Origin: an uncultured Methanoregulaceae archaeon
GTDB taxonomy: Archaea > Halobacteriota > Methanomicrobia > Methanomicrobiales > Methanospirillaceae
Direction of reading: 5' to 3'
Assembly (NCBI GenBank): GCA_963705255.1
Contig: OY970061.1
Span: 2,144,001-2,208,000 of the forward strand
DNA: 64,000 bases
The position numbers and the translations under genes are program-made. The notes beneath the pieces are model-generated. The model made no database searches, was not told the DNA's origin, and worked only from the letters and a program-made list of their open reading frames with translations. Below are positions 18,528-28,656 of the stretch, one piece after another (the stretch's first letter is position 1; the number at the start of each line of letters is the position of its first letter).

Positions 18528-18748
18528 GTTGAGCTGGAGGGGCAGGGGACTTTGGACGGTGGCAATGTTCAGGTTTTTAGGAATGTCGAGAAAGAGCGAT
18601 TGAAGATTATTGAGATGCGGCAATGTGACGCGGAAAAGATGGGGATTTGTCGGAGTGCTCTAAAGTACATCAAGGATAGGATACGAAAAGGAAAAAGATT
18701 AATTTCAAAACACTGGCAGTGAGGCGATTGTTAGCGGTGATGAATTAA
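18528..18748 (+). pseudogene. Possible C-terminal remnant of casposon-type family B DNA polymerase
   Basis: VQVFRNVEKERLKIIEMRQCDAEKMGICRSALKYIKDRIRKG, then in the next frame INFKTLAVRRL*; similarity from recall only. Confidence 0.5.
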
Positions 18749-18783
18749 AAAAATATTTAATATTTTGTTAGCCTTCTTAATTT

Positions 18784-19074
18784 ATGTATCAAATATCCCC
18801 ACGCGATTTTTCTAAATTAAATCGTTCCATAAGTAACGAGATTGAGAAGGTTTTATTAAAGTTTGTTTCCGATGGTAAAATCAAAGTAGTTCCGATGAAC
18901 CAAAACCCACTACCGGAGAGAAGAGACCGCGCGGCAGGCCGAAGAAAATTAAAACTGATGTGGCTACCCCAAAAGTACCGAAGAAGCGAGGGAGACCTAC
19001 CAAAATTAAAGGTGAAGAAAATATCAAAATCGTAAAACCTAAAACAAAACCAAAAGCAAAACCGAAAAATTGAA
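18784..19074 (+). CDS. Small basic hypothetical protein (probable frameshift)
   Basis: ORF 18784-19035; alternative frame runs to a KPKTKPKAKPKN tail. Confidence 0.35.
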
Positions 19075-19112
19075 TTGGGCGGCTAGAATTTCTAATAGAT
19101 TTGAGTGCTAAC

Positions 19113-20268
19113 ATGGATCAAAATCTAAAATATTGCCCCAATTGTGATTGTAAAATTGATACTGAGTCACAAGAATGTCCTCGTTGCTATACAAAAGTTT
19201 CCCGCAACCTCGAAAATTTTCTTTTAGCGAAATACAAATTATTTACTTTGATAGGGATTTTTGGAGCACTTTCAATTTATTTGTTAAATAATGCGATCCC
19301 AGCGAGTAATCCATCTAATCCATTTCTGCATGCGGGCAGTCTGTTAAGTTTAATGATTGTCATTATTTTATCGATTATTTGTATTTGGGATTTAGTTCAT
19401 TACATTAAAATTGAGGAGCCGGATTACAAGGAATTCCCTTGGTCCACACTGATCAAGAGTATCAGGACTTTACCTGCGATAATAATGTTTTTTGTATTTT
19501 TTATTTGCTTAATTTCAATTTTAGCTATCTATGTATTGTCTAATCCACAAATGGCTCAAGTTTTCATCTTTACTTTGTTTATTATTGTTTTTTTACTCAT
19601 TTTCATCGGAACTTACTACATATATCGGTATTGTTTGGAAAAAGTGACAGATTTATTAAACGAAAAACTAAAAGGGAAAATGTCTGATATCGCGGTAAGA
19701 AGAGTAATTTTAGTGATATTTGGAGTGTTTTCTTTTTTTCTGATTCTTTCAGTAGCTCAGATGATTCAGACTCAAATCTCAGGTACTTCCTATGAATTCC
19801 GGAAATCTTACAATGTCCTCGGTCGGAATAATTATTTTCATAACATTACTGATTGATTGCCTAAATCTAATGTATAAACGTCTGATTTTTGTCCCTTCAG
19901 AAACTTCTATCAATACCGAATCTGTGTTAAATGCGTCTTCAAAGATTATTGAACCAATCTATGAGGTTGCGGCACAAGAAATTATTAAGCCTAAAGAAAT
20001 AATCAAAAATGACGTAAATTCAGCGAATTTAGACGCTCACAAAAATGATTTTTTTAGCAAATTCTATAAATCCTATATTTTACCGTATGCAAAACCAATT
20101 ATGAGATTTGTAAAGTATTTCGTTGCAATAATAATTTTTGTGTATTTTGCGATGGAATACGAATCTAAATTACTTCCGAATAGCTCAATTGATCTCGTCG
20201 TGGCAGTAATTGGCGGAGTAATTTCAGGATTTATTATCATCTTCTTTCAAAAGGGAATGGGAGAATGA
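19113..20268 (+). CDS. Multi-TM membrane protein with N-terminal Zn ribbon (ORFs 19101-19856 and 19792-20268, probably one gene)
   Basis: CPNC-x10-CPRC followed by many hydrophobic segments; overlapping frames. Confidence 0.6.
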
Positions 20269-20340
20269 TATTATCAGAGGATCAAATTTCATTATTTATC
20301 GAATTTATTTTTTATTTTTCGCGTCCTGAGTACCTATATT

Positions 20341-21312
20341 TTACAACGCAGAATCATAAAACGGGTCAGAAAGATCAGAATCTATTAAGTAATATTTTCG
20401 TTGCCAGTCATGAAATAAATCGGATATTATTTTCAAAAATTGTTCACTAAAGGGAATAAAATCTTCTCGTAACTCTGAATATTCTTTAACAATTTCCCCC
20501 ATCTGCGATTTTATTACAAATGATCTCAGGGCATCTCTGTTCTCGTTAAAAAAATGGTACATGTGTGGTAATTCGTTAAGTTTTCCATTAAGTTTTGCAT
20601 CTGCTATCGCTAATGTAAATACGCACTCATAATCGTCAACATTCGGAAATTTTGATTCCGATTGATTAAGGGAATCACATAAATTTTTGAAATCATTCCA
20701 AATCACTTCTTTTTCATTAAAAATTTTCATATTGATTTCACGAAGTCTTTTCGAATAATTATCATATTCGATACTAAGATTTTTGATTTCCTCAACATTT
20801 CTCTGCAAAATTGGATCAAAATCATGAATTTGTCTCTTTAAAAAGTAATTTGGGGAATCCGGAAAAATAATTCTATTTTCCGGTTTAACCTTTTGATCGC
20901 ATAAGAATCTTAAAATGTTATATCCCCGTTGAAAAAAATCTTTATCGTCATTTAATTTTCGGATTATAGGTAAAAAAATGTTCTTTGCCATATCCTTAAT
21001 TACTCTGCTCTCACGGTCGAATTGATTTATTTCGACAAGCTTCCGGTTCGCGTCTGCTATAACATATGTTGCGGATATCGATATTCCGGTTATAATAAGA
21101 AGCATTGTTGTTGCGCCAGCTTGTATCCACACTGGAAGTGTAGAGCGATCTGATTGAATAAACCCCCATAACATAATTAAGCCAACACACCCTGTTGCTA
21201 GAATAAACGCATAGTGAATACGAAGAGTACCTTCGATTGTCAAATAAAAAATAGCTGATACGGCTATGAAGAGACCGATAAAGATGATCAAATCCACAGA
21301 TTCAATTATCAT
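20341..21312 (-). CDS. Membrane-anchored hypothetical protein
   Basis: 323-aa ORF with three N-terminal TM segments and helical soluble domain. Confidence 0.7.
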   Translation of the reverse strand: MIIESVDLIIFIGLFIAVSAIFYLTIEGTLRIHYAFILATGCVGLIMLWGFIQSDRSTLPVWIQAGATTMLLIITGISISATYVIADANRKLVEINQFDRESRVIKDMAKNIFLPIIRKLNDDKDFFQRGYNILRFLCDQKVKPENRIIFPDSPNYFLKRQIHDFDPILQRNVEEIKNLSIEYDNYSKRLREINMKIFNEKEVIWNDFKNLCDSLNQSESKFPNVDDYECVFTLAIADAKLNGKLNELPHMYHFFNENRDALRSFVIKSQMGEIVKEYSELREDFIPFSEQFLKIISDLFHDWQRKYYLIDSDLSDPFYDSAL

Positions 21313-21526
21313 TTGTCCACATCAGATATCCAAGACTTACCTTTTATAAATTTTCTATCCCATTTTTCCGGCCTTTACTAATATCCGGTTCTGTTTATTT
21401 CCGGGCTTTTAATTCCAATTATATGAAAATTGACGAAATGTAATTATTTACGATCCCCCTTACTAAAATTAATAAATTAACTTTAAATAGAGGATTATCA
21501 AAAAAAAAGATCCATGTTATTTTTAA

Positions 21527-21964
21527 ATGGCAAAAAAATAAAATTAGCTCTCTTTTTCATTCTCTAATTATAGGAATCTTCCTTTCATTTTCAATTGCCA
21601 TCTCTATCGCAAACCCGAACAATTTAATCGATATTAAAAAATTAGAGCCAGCGATTCAAACCTTAGATAATGCAAGTATTACGATTGGAGCAATAATCCT
21701 CGCAATAATATTTGCAATAATTACAATAGTTAAGACAAATTTACAAAATGGCAAGGAAATCGATGATAAGAAAATAGGATTTTTTATGTTTTTAGCTGCA
21801 TTGATGATTTTTGCCATTATTTTAGGGTTATGCCCCTGTACCAATCGTATTTTGCTAAATTGAGTGATGCAACTGGCACCTGCGCATTGTCAATCGGTTT
21901 GGTTATTTTTGTATTATTTATTTTAGGCCCTCTGTTTTATTTTGGTGAGGGGGATTTTTTATTG
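21527..21964 (+). pseudogene. Fragmented small membrane protein
   Basis: Hydrophobic coding-like segments across frame breaks. Confidence 0.3.
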
Positions 21965-22076
21965 AAATAGATCTTTTTGAAAAGAGCGCGCCGCCACTCA
22001 AGCAACTTTTCAGAACAGTATGATATCACATGTGATGGGTCACAATTTACAAGATAACTATAACCCAAAGTAAACG

Positions 22077-22101
22077 TGCGGGCATAGGGATTCGAACCCA
22101 G
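22077..22101 (-). other. tRNA 3'-end fragment (Leu-like), att-type remnant
   Basis: Minus strand CTGGGTTCGAATCCCTATGCCCGCA = T-arm + 3' acceptor strand + A73; no 5' half. Confidence 0.6.
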
Positions 22102-22193
22102 ATAACGAGCAAGATCGATTGGTTATAATTGTGGTAAAAATGTGTGAAAATGGGGTTTTCTCATCTTTCAAAGGTTGCGATGCACGCCGCCGC

Positions 22194-22377
22194 AGTCGAA
22201 GTTATCACTTCTCCACAGCCTTCGGCTGTTCCCGAAGGGACGCCCCCGCAGCGACCTCAACGACTAAAGAAATAAAACTGCCGTGACCCGCCGTGCTTCA
22301 TCCGTACTGGATGAAGCAAGTCGAAGAACCTGACGGTTCTTCTCCAGTCAATCCTCGCAGTTGCGACGATTGACTCC
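22194..22377 (+). repeat. Two AGTCGAAG double-hairpin units
   Basis: GAAGT-tatc-ACTTC-TCC-ACAGCC-ttc-GGCTGT and GAAGAACC-tgac-GGTTCTTC-TCC-AGTCAATC...GATTGACT-CC. Confidence 0.65.
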
Positions 22378-22882
22378 CCGGAGAGGCCCTGAGGCGGGGA
22401 ACTCTCCTGAGTACTCCCAAGCTCAAACAACCTGATGATTCGATCATGAATCCAGTTTCAGATCAAACAATGGCAAGCCCTTTTACAAAAAAATTCCGGA
22501 TTCCGGCTCGCAAAAAAAATCGCGATCGCTCGTGCGCCAAAAAAATTTCAATCGACCCCTCACCCCCCGCTTGAAATTTTTCAATCGACCCTTGATTGAA
22601 TGTTCCGGACCATCACGCCGGAGAACGAAAAATATTGTAGCATGTACATGCATTTTGTAGCATAATTATCCAATTGTAGTCTTACAAACTAACACCTCAT
22701 GATCGCGATGAAAAAAGACGAACGTGAAAGTCACGTTGACTTTCATGTGAGGCTGCTGAAAATACAATGCATTTTCATGCCTTTTTAGGCAGGGTCCGAC
22801 CAAAAAAAAATTCGAAAAAAAGAAAATTCCGGCAGGAAAATGTGCACCAAAATGCACGAAATACGTGATCAGGGACCCTGCC

Positions 22883-23761
22883 TCAGGAACTCTCCAGCAT
22901 GCTCCTGACCAGCGAGCTGGTGGCAGGATCGGAAAAGAACCGGAAGGCAGTCTCCCCGGCTTCCGTAATCCGGTAGCTCTTCTCTTTCCGGCTCTCCGGA
23001 GAATATGCCTCCTCAATGAGCCTGGCATCGCGGAGGGTGCGGATAAACCCGGAGAATGTGGCATGGGACAATTCTGCGGCGGGCTTCCGCCCTTTCTTAT
23101 CATGAACAACCGGTTGGGGTGAATCGCCGGGTTTTTCCTTCTTTGTCCGTGACGGGACATAGGCCGGCCAGAGCTGCTGATACAGGTACTGCCGTGGCAC
23201 CCATAACGCCGGGACTGCGGGAACCGTTTCCTTTGCCGCGTCCTTTTTCATCTTCTTCCGGTTGAGGAGGATCGCGAGGATCTTCTGGTGATTGGGATTG
23301 GCGAGCAGGGAACTGATGGTGCGGTCTGGCAGCGGAACCCGGCGTGCGGTCTTCTCATCAAAGGATGCATAGACCTCCCCGCCAATCCAGGGTGCAAAGG
23401 CAAAGAGCGCGAGGCAGAGTTCTTTTGACCCTCCGGAAAGATCGAAAGTGAACCGTGCCTCCGGGTACTCCCGGCGGATCTTCGCAAGCGCCGACCGGAC
23501 AGAAGGATAGGCCGGCGGCCAGATCACCACCCGGGTGAAGGGTATCGAGAGGGACGCCGAGATCTCCTGCACTGCCGAGACCGCATTCCGGACCGCGAAC
23601 CGGTGCTTTTCCGTTACCGGGTCGGGAGATCCCTCATGAACGATGCTGTCGGTAAACACCATGGTCCGGGAGATAGCCGGGAGTTCACGGAACATTGCAG
23701 GATACGCGATAGGTATCTTCTCACCGGCGCTGATGATATGGACGTGCTCTGTCCGATCCAT
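22883..23761 (-). CDS. CARF-like + wHTH regulator (HFX_2341/DUF6293-like)
   Basis: VHIISAG, FDLSGGSKEL CARF-type motif, C-terminal KSYRITEAG wing. Confidence 0.7.
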   Translation of the reverse strand: MDRTEHVHIISAGEKIPIAYPAMFRELPAISRTMVFTDSIVHEGSPDPVTEKHRFAVRNAVSAVQEISASLSIPFTRVVIWPPAYPSVRSALAKIRREYPEARFTFDLSGGSKELCLALFAFAPWIGGEVYASFDEKTARRVPLPDRTISSLLANPNHQKILAILLNRKKMKKDAAKETVPAVPALWVPRQYLYQQLWPAYVPSRTKKEKPGDSPQPVVHDKKGRKPAAELSHATFSGFIRTLRDARLIEEAYSPESRKEKSYRITEAGETAFRFFSDPATSSLVRSMLESS

Positions 23762-24095
23762 AGATCAATTCAGGTTCGGCGGGTTAAATGGTTGTTTGTC
23801 TGGCGCGCCGGTGGGGAGGGTGGATTCACTTTCACCCCGCCCGGTACCGGATTTATCCCCCTCGTCCGGTTACAAGGTATATGGGTAGGACGAAGCCCTC
23901 TCACCATGAGTCAGGTGCGAGAACGGCTTGCACTTCGCTCCTCCCGCCCTCTCAAACAAAACCCCAAATTATTTTCTCTTTTGCGAGTATTTTATGGTAC
24001 AGCCGCTTGGTGCAGAGCACTTTTGGGCAATCATAATTTATTTTACATTGGTTTTGTCCAGCAAAAGGACAATATATTTTAGGATCATTTTTCTA

Positions 24096-24590
24096 ATGTC
24101 TGCTATGGCTCTCCGATCCCTGAATCTTCCCGGTATAGGAACAAAATACGAATTTGAGACTGATAAGGGGGATACCGTTGCAATTTTTTTCACCAAGAGC
24201 GGCTCAATCCAGATGTACACTCTCCAGAAAGGGTGCCATACCCCCAGCGCCGCTGACATGACCCCGGTAGAGGCGCGGAGGCTGGGGAATATCCTTACAG
24301 GCGCGATCATTGAAGCAGACCAGGAGAGCGTGGAGATCGCCTTCTCTGCCCTTGCCGACCTCAGGGTGACAATCCACACGTTTTACATACCGAAAGCCAT
24401 TGCCGGGAAGACCATCGAGGACCTGCAGATCCGGGCCAAGACCGGCGCGACCGTGATTGCGGTCTGCCGCCATGACAGGAATATCATCAACCCGCCGCCC
24501 ACGTTCGTCTTTGAGACCGGGGACGCGGCGCTGGTCATCGGGGAGAGCGACCAGATAAAAAAGTTTGAGCGCGAGATCATGGTGGAGTAA
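24096..24590 (+). CDS. Cation:proton antiporter regulatory subunit (KhtT-like, TrkA-C)
   Basis: LPGIGTKYEF, EARRLGNIL, IRAKTGATVIAV. Confidence 0.88.
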   Translation: MSAMALRSLNLPGIGTKYEFETDKGDTVAIFFTKSGSIQMYTLQKGCHTPSAADMTPVEARRLGNILTGAIIEADQESVEIAFSALADLRVTIHTFYIPKAIAGKTIEDLQIRAKTGATVIAVCRHDRNIINPPPTFVFETGDAALVIGESDQIKKFEREIMVE

Positions 24591-25732
24591 TGGAAGGCCT
24601 CGTAATCGCGCTCTTCCTCTGCCTTATCCTGGCGCTGGTCACCAAGTACCTGTCGATCCCGGCAATTCCGTTTTACATCCTTACCGGTGTCCTTCTCGGG
24701 AAGGCCGGGCTCGGGATGGTCCAGGCCGATGATATCAGCCAGTTCTTCTCGGAGATGGGGCTGATCTTCCTGCTGTTCTTCATGGGGCTCGGCCTCAAGC
24801 CCGAGCGGATCGCGGCCAACCGGTCTGCGGTCCTGACCAGCGGGATCATTGACCTCAACATCAACATGATCATCGGGTTTTTGGGCGCGTACCTGCTCGG
24901 GTTCTCAATAATAGAATCACTGATCGTTGCCGCGGCATTCTATATATCGAGCACGGCCATGGCGATCACCTCGCTTGTCGAGAACAGGAAACTGATGTTC
25001 CGCGAGGCAGAGACGATCATCTGGCTGATGGTCTTTGAAGACCTCGTGCTGATCATCTTCCTTGCGATCATCTCAGCCGGGGACCAGAACCTCCTCCTCT
25101 TTGTCGCAAAGATCCTGGGTGTCCTCGGGGTCCTGTACGCGTTTGCCCATTACGGTAAGGAGTTCCTCATCTCCATCCTCGACCGGGATGACGAACTGCC
25201 CATCATCTTCACCTTTGCAGCAGTGCTTACCACGGCGTCAGTTGCCCTGGTGCTCAATATCCCGGAGACCCTGATGGTGATCGCGCTTGGCGTTGCGTTC
25301 GCGACAACCGACCCCGATGCGTTCGAGCAGCACGCCCGCCCTTTCAAGGACGTCTTCCTCGTGGTCTTCTTTGTCTTTTTCGGGGTAACGATTGACTTTT
25401 CCGGGGGGGCGAACCTGTTTAATATCTCGGTTATCTGCATCCTTGCCGTGCTGAGCAAACTCCTTTCGGGACTGATCACGGGCCTGGTCATCCACGAATC
25501 GGCCTTGTCGGGTCTTGAAATATGGGCGAACACCATCGGGAGAGGGGAGTTCTCGATCGCGCTTGCCGTGCTGTACGGATCTCCGGTTGTCGGAACAACA
25601 ATTGCAGCGATGGTCATCGTGACCTCGATCATCGGGTCCTTCGCTGCAAAATACAGCACGATACTGCGGCGTGGGATCACCCATATCGGGAGGAGAAAAG
25701 CCCCGACGCACCGCGTCCACTCCGGCCGCTGA
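24590..25732 (+). CDS. CPA2 cation:proton antiporter (KhtU-like)
   Basis: ISSTA, LMVFEDL, RGEFSI motifs; multi-TM. Confidence 0.9.
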   Translation: MEGLVIALFLCLILALVTKYLSIPAIPFYILTGVLLGKAGLGMVQADDISQFFSEMGLIFLLFFMGLGLKPERIAANRSAVLTSGIIDLNINMIIGFLGAYLLGFSIIESLIVAAAFYISSTAMAITSLVENRKLMFREAETIIWLMVFEDLVLIIFLAIISAGDQNLLLFVAKILGVLGVLYAFAHYGKEFLISILDRDDELPIIFTFAAVLTTASVALVLNIPETLMVIALGVAFATTDPDAFEQHARPFKDVFLVVFFVFFGVTIDFSGGANLFNISVICILAVLSKLLSGLITGLVIHESALSGLEIWANTIGRGEFSIALAVLYGSPVVGTTIAAMVIVTSIIGSFAAKYSTILRRGITHIGRRKAPTHRVHSGR

Positions 25733-25735
25733 AAC

Positions 25736-26395
25736 TCATTCGATCAGAACAAGCCCGACCGAGTGGATGTCGGAATGCACAATCTTCCCGTACTCGAGGT
25801 CTTTGCAGGGAATCGTGAAAAGGTCCCACCCCACGTTTTTTGCTGTAGCAAAGACATCCATACAGGCCGCTTCCATGGACGGGCGGACCAGATCCATGTG
25901 CCGGCACTTCCTGCGCAGGCTCTCGTCGACAAGGCCCTCCTGCTCTTCCGCAACACAATGCTGGTGCTCGCACCAGATGCACGGGTAGCCCCCGAACCCG
26001 AATGCCTTATAAAAACCATCATAGAATGCGGTCTTCTCGAGAAGATGCACGGTGCCGTTAACCCAGCGGATGAGATCGCTGTACCATGGGTGGAAGTCCT
26101 CGGGGATATCGTCCGGGCCGAACGTCCCGTGTCCCGGCACGCCATCGAAGCGCAGGAGAATGCCGGCGGAATATTCCCCAACCATACGGAGAGTCTCATC
26201 GTATGACGGGGCATAGGGTGGGCAGCCGAAATGTTTGCCATATCCCTTACAACCATACCGGCACTTGAACCGGACCCACTGGGAGACAACGACTTCATCG
26301 GGAGTGATTTCGTGGACGTACACACCCGATTCCCCTGCAAGTCCCCGCAGTTTTTCGATCTCTTCCAAAAGGTCAGCCACTATAGGTATCATCAT
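25736..26395 (-). CDS. DUF2284 metal-binding protein
   Basis: KCRYGC..YG...CPP, RPSMEAACMDV. Confidence 0.85.
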   Translation of the reverse strand: MMIPIVADLLEEIEKLRGLAGESGVYVHEITPDEVVVSQWVRFKCRYGCKGYGKHFGCPPYAPSYDETLRMVGEYSAGILLRFDGVPGHGTFGPDDIPEDFHPWYSDLIRWVNGTVHLLEKTAFYDGFYKAFGFGGYPCIWCEHQHCVAEEQEGLVDESLRRKCRHMDLVRPSMEAACMDVFATAKNVGWDLFTIPCKDLEYGKIVHSDIHSVGLVLIE

Positions 26396-26437
26396 TGAGC
26401 CAATGCGGGTCTGTGACGATAAAGGTTTGGTGAGGAG

Positions 26438-26884
26438 TTATTGCGGGCGGTTGGGATCATGGGACCGTTTGTCGATGATACGCTGGACAACGAGGCGTGA
26501 ACTGCACAGGTCCCCGTCAACATATCTGCCGATGCGGACAATCCGCGGGTTCAGGTTGCGGGCCCTGAGCTGTTCCGTTAATTTCGTCTCATCGAACATC
26601 TGGTTGAACCCGATGGTGATGATATCGGGATGGATCTCCTCGATCGGGCGGAACATATCCGTTTTATCCCCAAGGACTGCGTGGTCGACGGTTTTCAACC
26701 CTGCGACCATACGGAGGCGGTGCTCCTCCGGGATGATCGGGCGGGGTTTGTGTTTTACGTTGGTGTCCCGTGCCACGATCACCCAGAGTTCGTCGCCGAG
26801 TTTCTTTGACTCCTCGAGATAGAAGAGATGGCCGGGGTGCAGGATATCGAACGTCCCGGTGGCAACGACACGCCGGGGGTTCAC
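26438..26884 (-). CDS. ribL: FAD synthase
   Basis: VATGTFDILHPGH, CSSRLVVQRI. Confidence 0.88.
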   Translation of the reverse strand: MNPRRVVATGTFDILHPGHLFYLEESKKLGDELWVIVARDTNVKHKPRPIIPEEHRLRMVAGLKTVDHAVLGDKTDMFRPIEEIHPDIITIGFNQMFDETKLTEQLRARNLNPRIVRIGRYVDGDLCSSRLVVQRIIDKRSHDPNRPQ

Positions 26885-27252
26885 GAGACCACCTCCAGAT
26901 CGTACGGCTCCCCGTCCGCGGTAAAGCACCGCCAGTTGTCCTTCCCGTACGGATAACCGATGATCAGGTGGTACTTTCCCGTCCGCGGGAAAAAATTCAC
27001 ATCAGCGGAGGAGGGCCTGAGTACGCCATTGGGGTGGCTGTGGGCACTACCAGCGACATGGGTGTCCAGGGGCATCATGGTATACAGGAGCGAAGCTGAA
27101 TCCCCGCGGCCGACGGTCCCGGGGAGGAGGTTGAGCTCTTCCATGATGCCATCGCGTTCCCGGAGCAGGCCGACGAACTCATTCGGGTGGCTGTCGCGCC
27201 CCATCTCAAGAAGGAGTAAAAGGAGGTCCTGTCGGATACCGTGGATGTTCAT
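26881..27252 (-). CDS. JAMM/MPN+ metalloprotease
   Basis: HPNEFVGLL, HSHP...PSSAD. Confidence 0.88.
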   Translation of the reverse strand: MNIHGIRQDLLLLLLEMGRDSHPNEFVGLLRERDGIMEELNLLPGTVGRGDSASLLYTMMPLDTHVAGSAHSHPNGVLRPSSADVNFFPRTGKYHLIIGYPYGKDNWRCFTADGEPYDLEVVS

Positions 27253-27335
27253 GGGATACTTCCTGCAGAATGCCCGGAGTTGTACTGAACTATGGTTGTT
27301 GTTCTGCAAAAAAGGCTCCTTTAAAAATCGGGGGA

Positions 27336-27615
27336 TCATCGCCCGGCTTTTACAAGGTCCCCCGACATGTCCCGGGACAGGTCAGCGTTGGCAAAGGATG
27401 TGCTGTTCGGGAGCAGTGCCGAGAGCCCGGGCGTAATGTCCAGTTCTATTAAAGTTTCCGGAGCCATGTCAAGATCAAGAATATGGCCACCGGTACGGAG
27501 GTCATCAGAGATGAAATGAAGGTGGTACCCCGGCATATTGAGCCTGTTCACGAGATCCGGCAGGAACAGGCCTTCAGCCGTCCCTGTTGTGATGTACTAC
27601 GTAAAGAGCGACGGT
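27336..27615 (-). pseudogene. C-terminal fragment of acetolactate decarboxylase
   Basis: LNMPGYHLHFISDD.RTGGHILD; in-frame TAG upstream and N-terminal part missing. Confidence 0.75.
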
Positions 27616-27685
27616 TCTTAGCGGCATCTGTCAATGGGGATACGGTTTCTGCCGGCAGGGACAGGATCTTTTCCGTGAGAGAAAA

Positions 27686-27967
27686 TCATCGCCTTCCAGT
27701 CACCTTGATGACATGGTACCCAAACTGGGTCTTGACCGGGCCTACGACCTTGCCAACCTGTTCCTCGAATGCGATCTTCTCGAACTCGGGGACCATCATC
27801 CCCTTGCCAAACCACCCGAGGTCGCCTCCCTGTTTACCGGACGGGCAGCTGGAGAACCTCCGCGCGACCTTGTCAAACTCCTCACCGTCGTTGAGGCGTT
27901 TCAGGATCTGGTTTGCCTGGTCTTCGGTCTTCACGAGGATATGGGAGGCGCGTGCCTGTGTGGTCAT
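27686..27967 (-). CDS. ppiC: Parvulin peptidyl-prolyl isomerase
   Basis: ASHILVK, SSCPSG..GGDLG, VKTQFGYHVI. Confidence 0.92.
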   Translation of the reverse strand: MTTQARASHILVKTEDQANQILKRLNDGEEFDKVARRFSSCPSGKQGGDLGWFGKGMMVPEFEKIAFEEQVGKVVGPVKTQFGYHVIKVTGRR

Positions 27968-28141
27968 ATATAGAAATGAGCAACTGATGAAATAAAATGG
28001 TTGATAAAAACAGGCATCTCCCCCGGCTTTATAGTAAGTGCGATTGTTCAGATTATCAAAAAAAATCCTGTAACGTCTGTCTCTCTCCTGGCCACTGGAG
28101 TAAACTCAATTTTTATCTCATATCCCATGCAAGTTCACACT

Positions 28142-28480
28142 ATGGCAAAAGGGAATTTCTGGCTTGCAGCGCTTGCGGGATTTATCATTATGGTGCTCCT
28201 TGGGGGGGTTCTGCCCATCCTTGGGCCTATTATAGGGGGGGTCGTCGCGGGGCTGATCGCAAAAGGCGGAATGTGGAACGGGGCAAAGGCCGGATTTGTT
28301 GCAGGCATTTTCGGTGCGCTGGTTACGAGCATTATTGCGCTGGTTATCGGAACGATGGCACTTGGACTGCTGGGATTTCTGGCGGCACTGGGTATCGGAC
28401 TGATCCTGGTGATCCTTGCTCTTTACTTTGCGATACTTGGGCTCGTGGGTGGGGCAATCGGGGGAATTGTCGGCAACTAG
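28142..28480 (+). CDS. DUF5518-like membrane protein
   Basis: Gly-rich TM helices. Confidence 0.75.
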   Translation: MAKGNFWLAALAGFIIMVLLGGVLPILGPIIGGVVAGLIAKGGMWNGAKAGFVAGIFGALVTSIIALVIGTMALGLLGFLAALGIGLILVILALYFAILGLVGGAIGGIVGN

Positions 28481-28656
28481 GGAACATCTCATTCAGGCAT
28501 TTTCCCTCTTTTAAAATTTGTAAAAAAAGGCTCTGCAGAAAACTTGCATTCTCCGAGGAAATCCCAAAAGCAATTTTAAAGAGAAAGAGGAAATCAATTT
28601 AGTTGCCCTGAAAATTTCAACTGATCCGTTTAATTATTAATTATGCAATAGCCGGT

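Larger units (their letters stand above)
18528..22101. mobile_element. AT-rich island, probable casposon remnant
   Basis: Sharp GC drop, PolB-like tail, orphan membrane genes, TATAACCC end next to tRNA 3' fragment. Confidence 0.5.
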
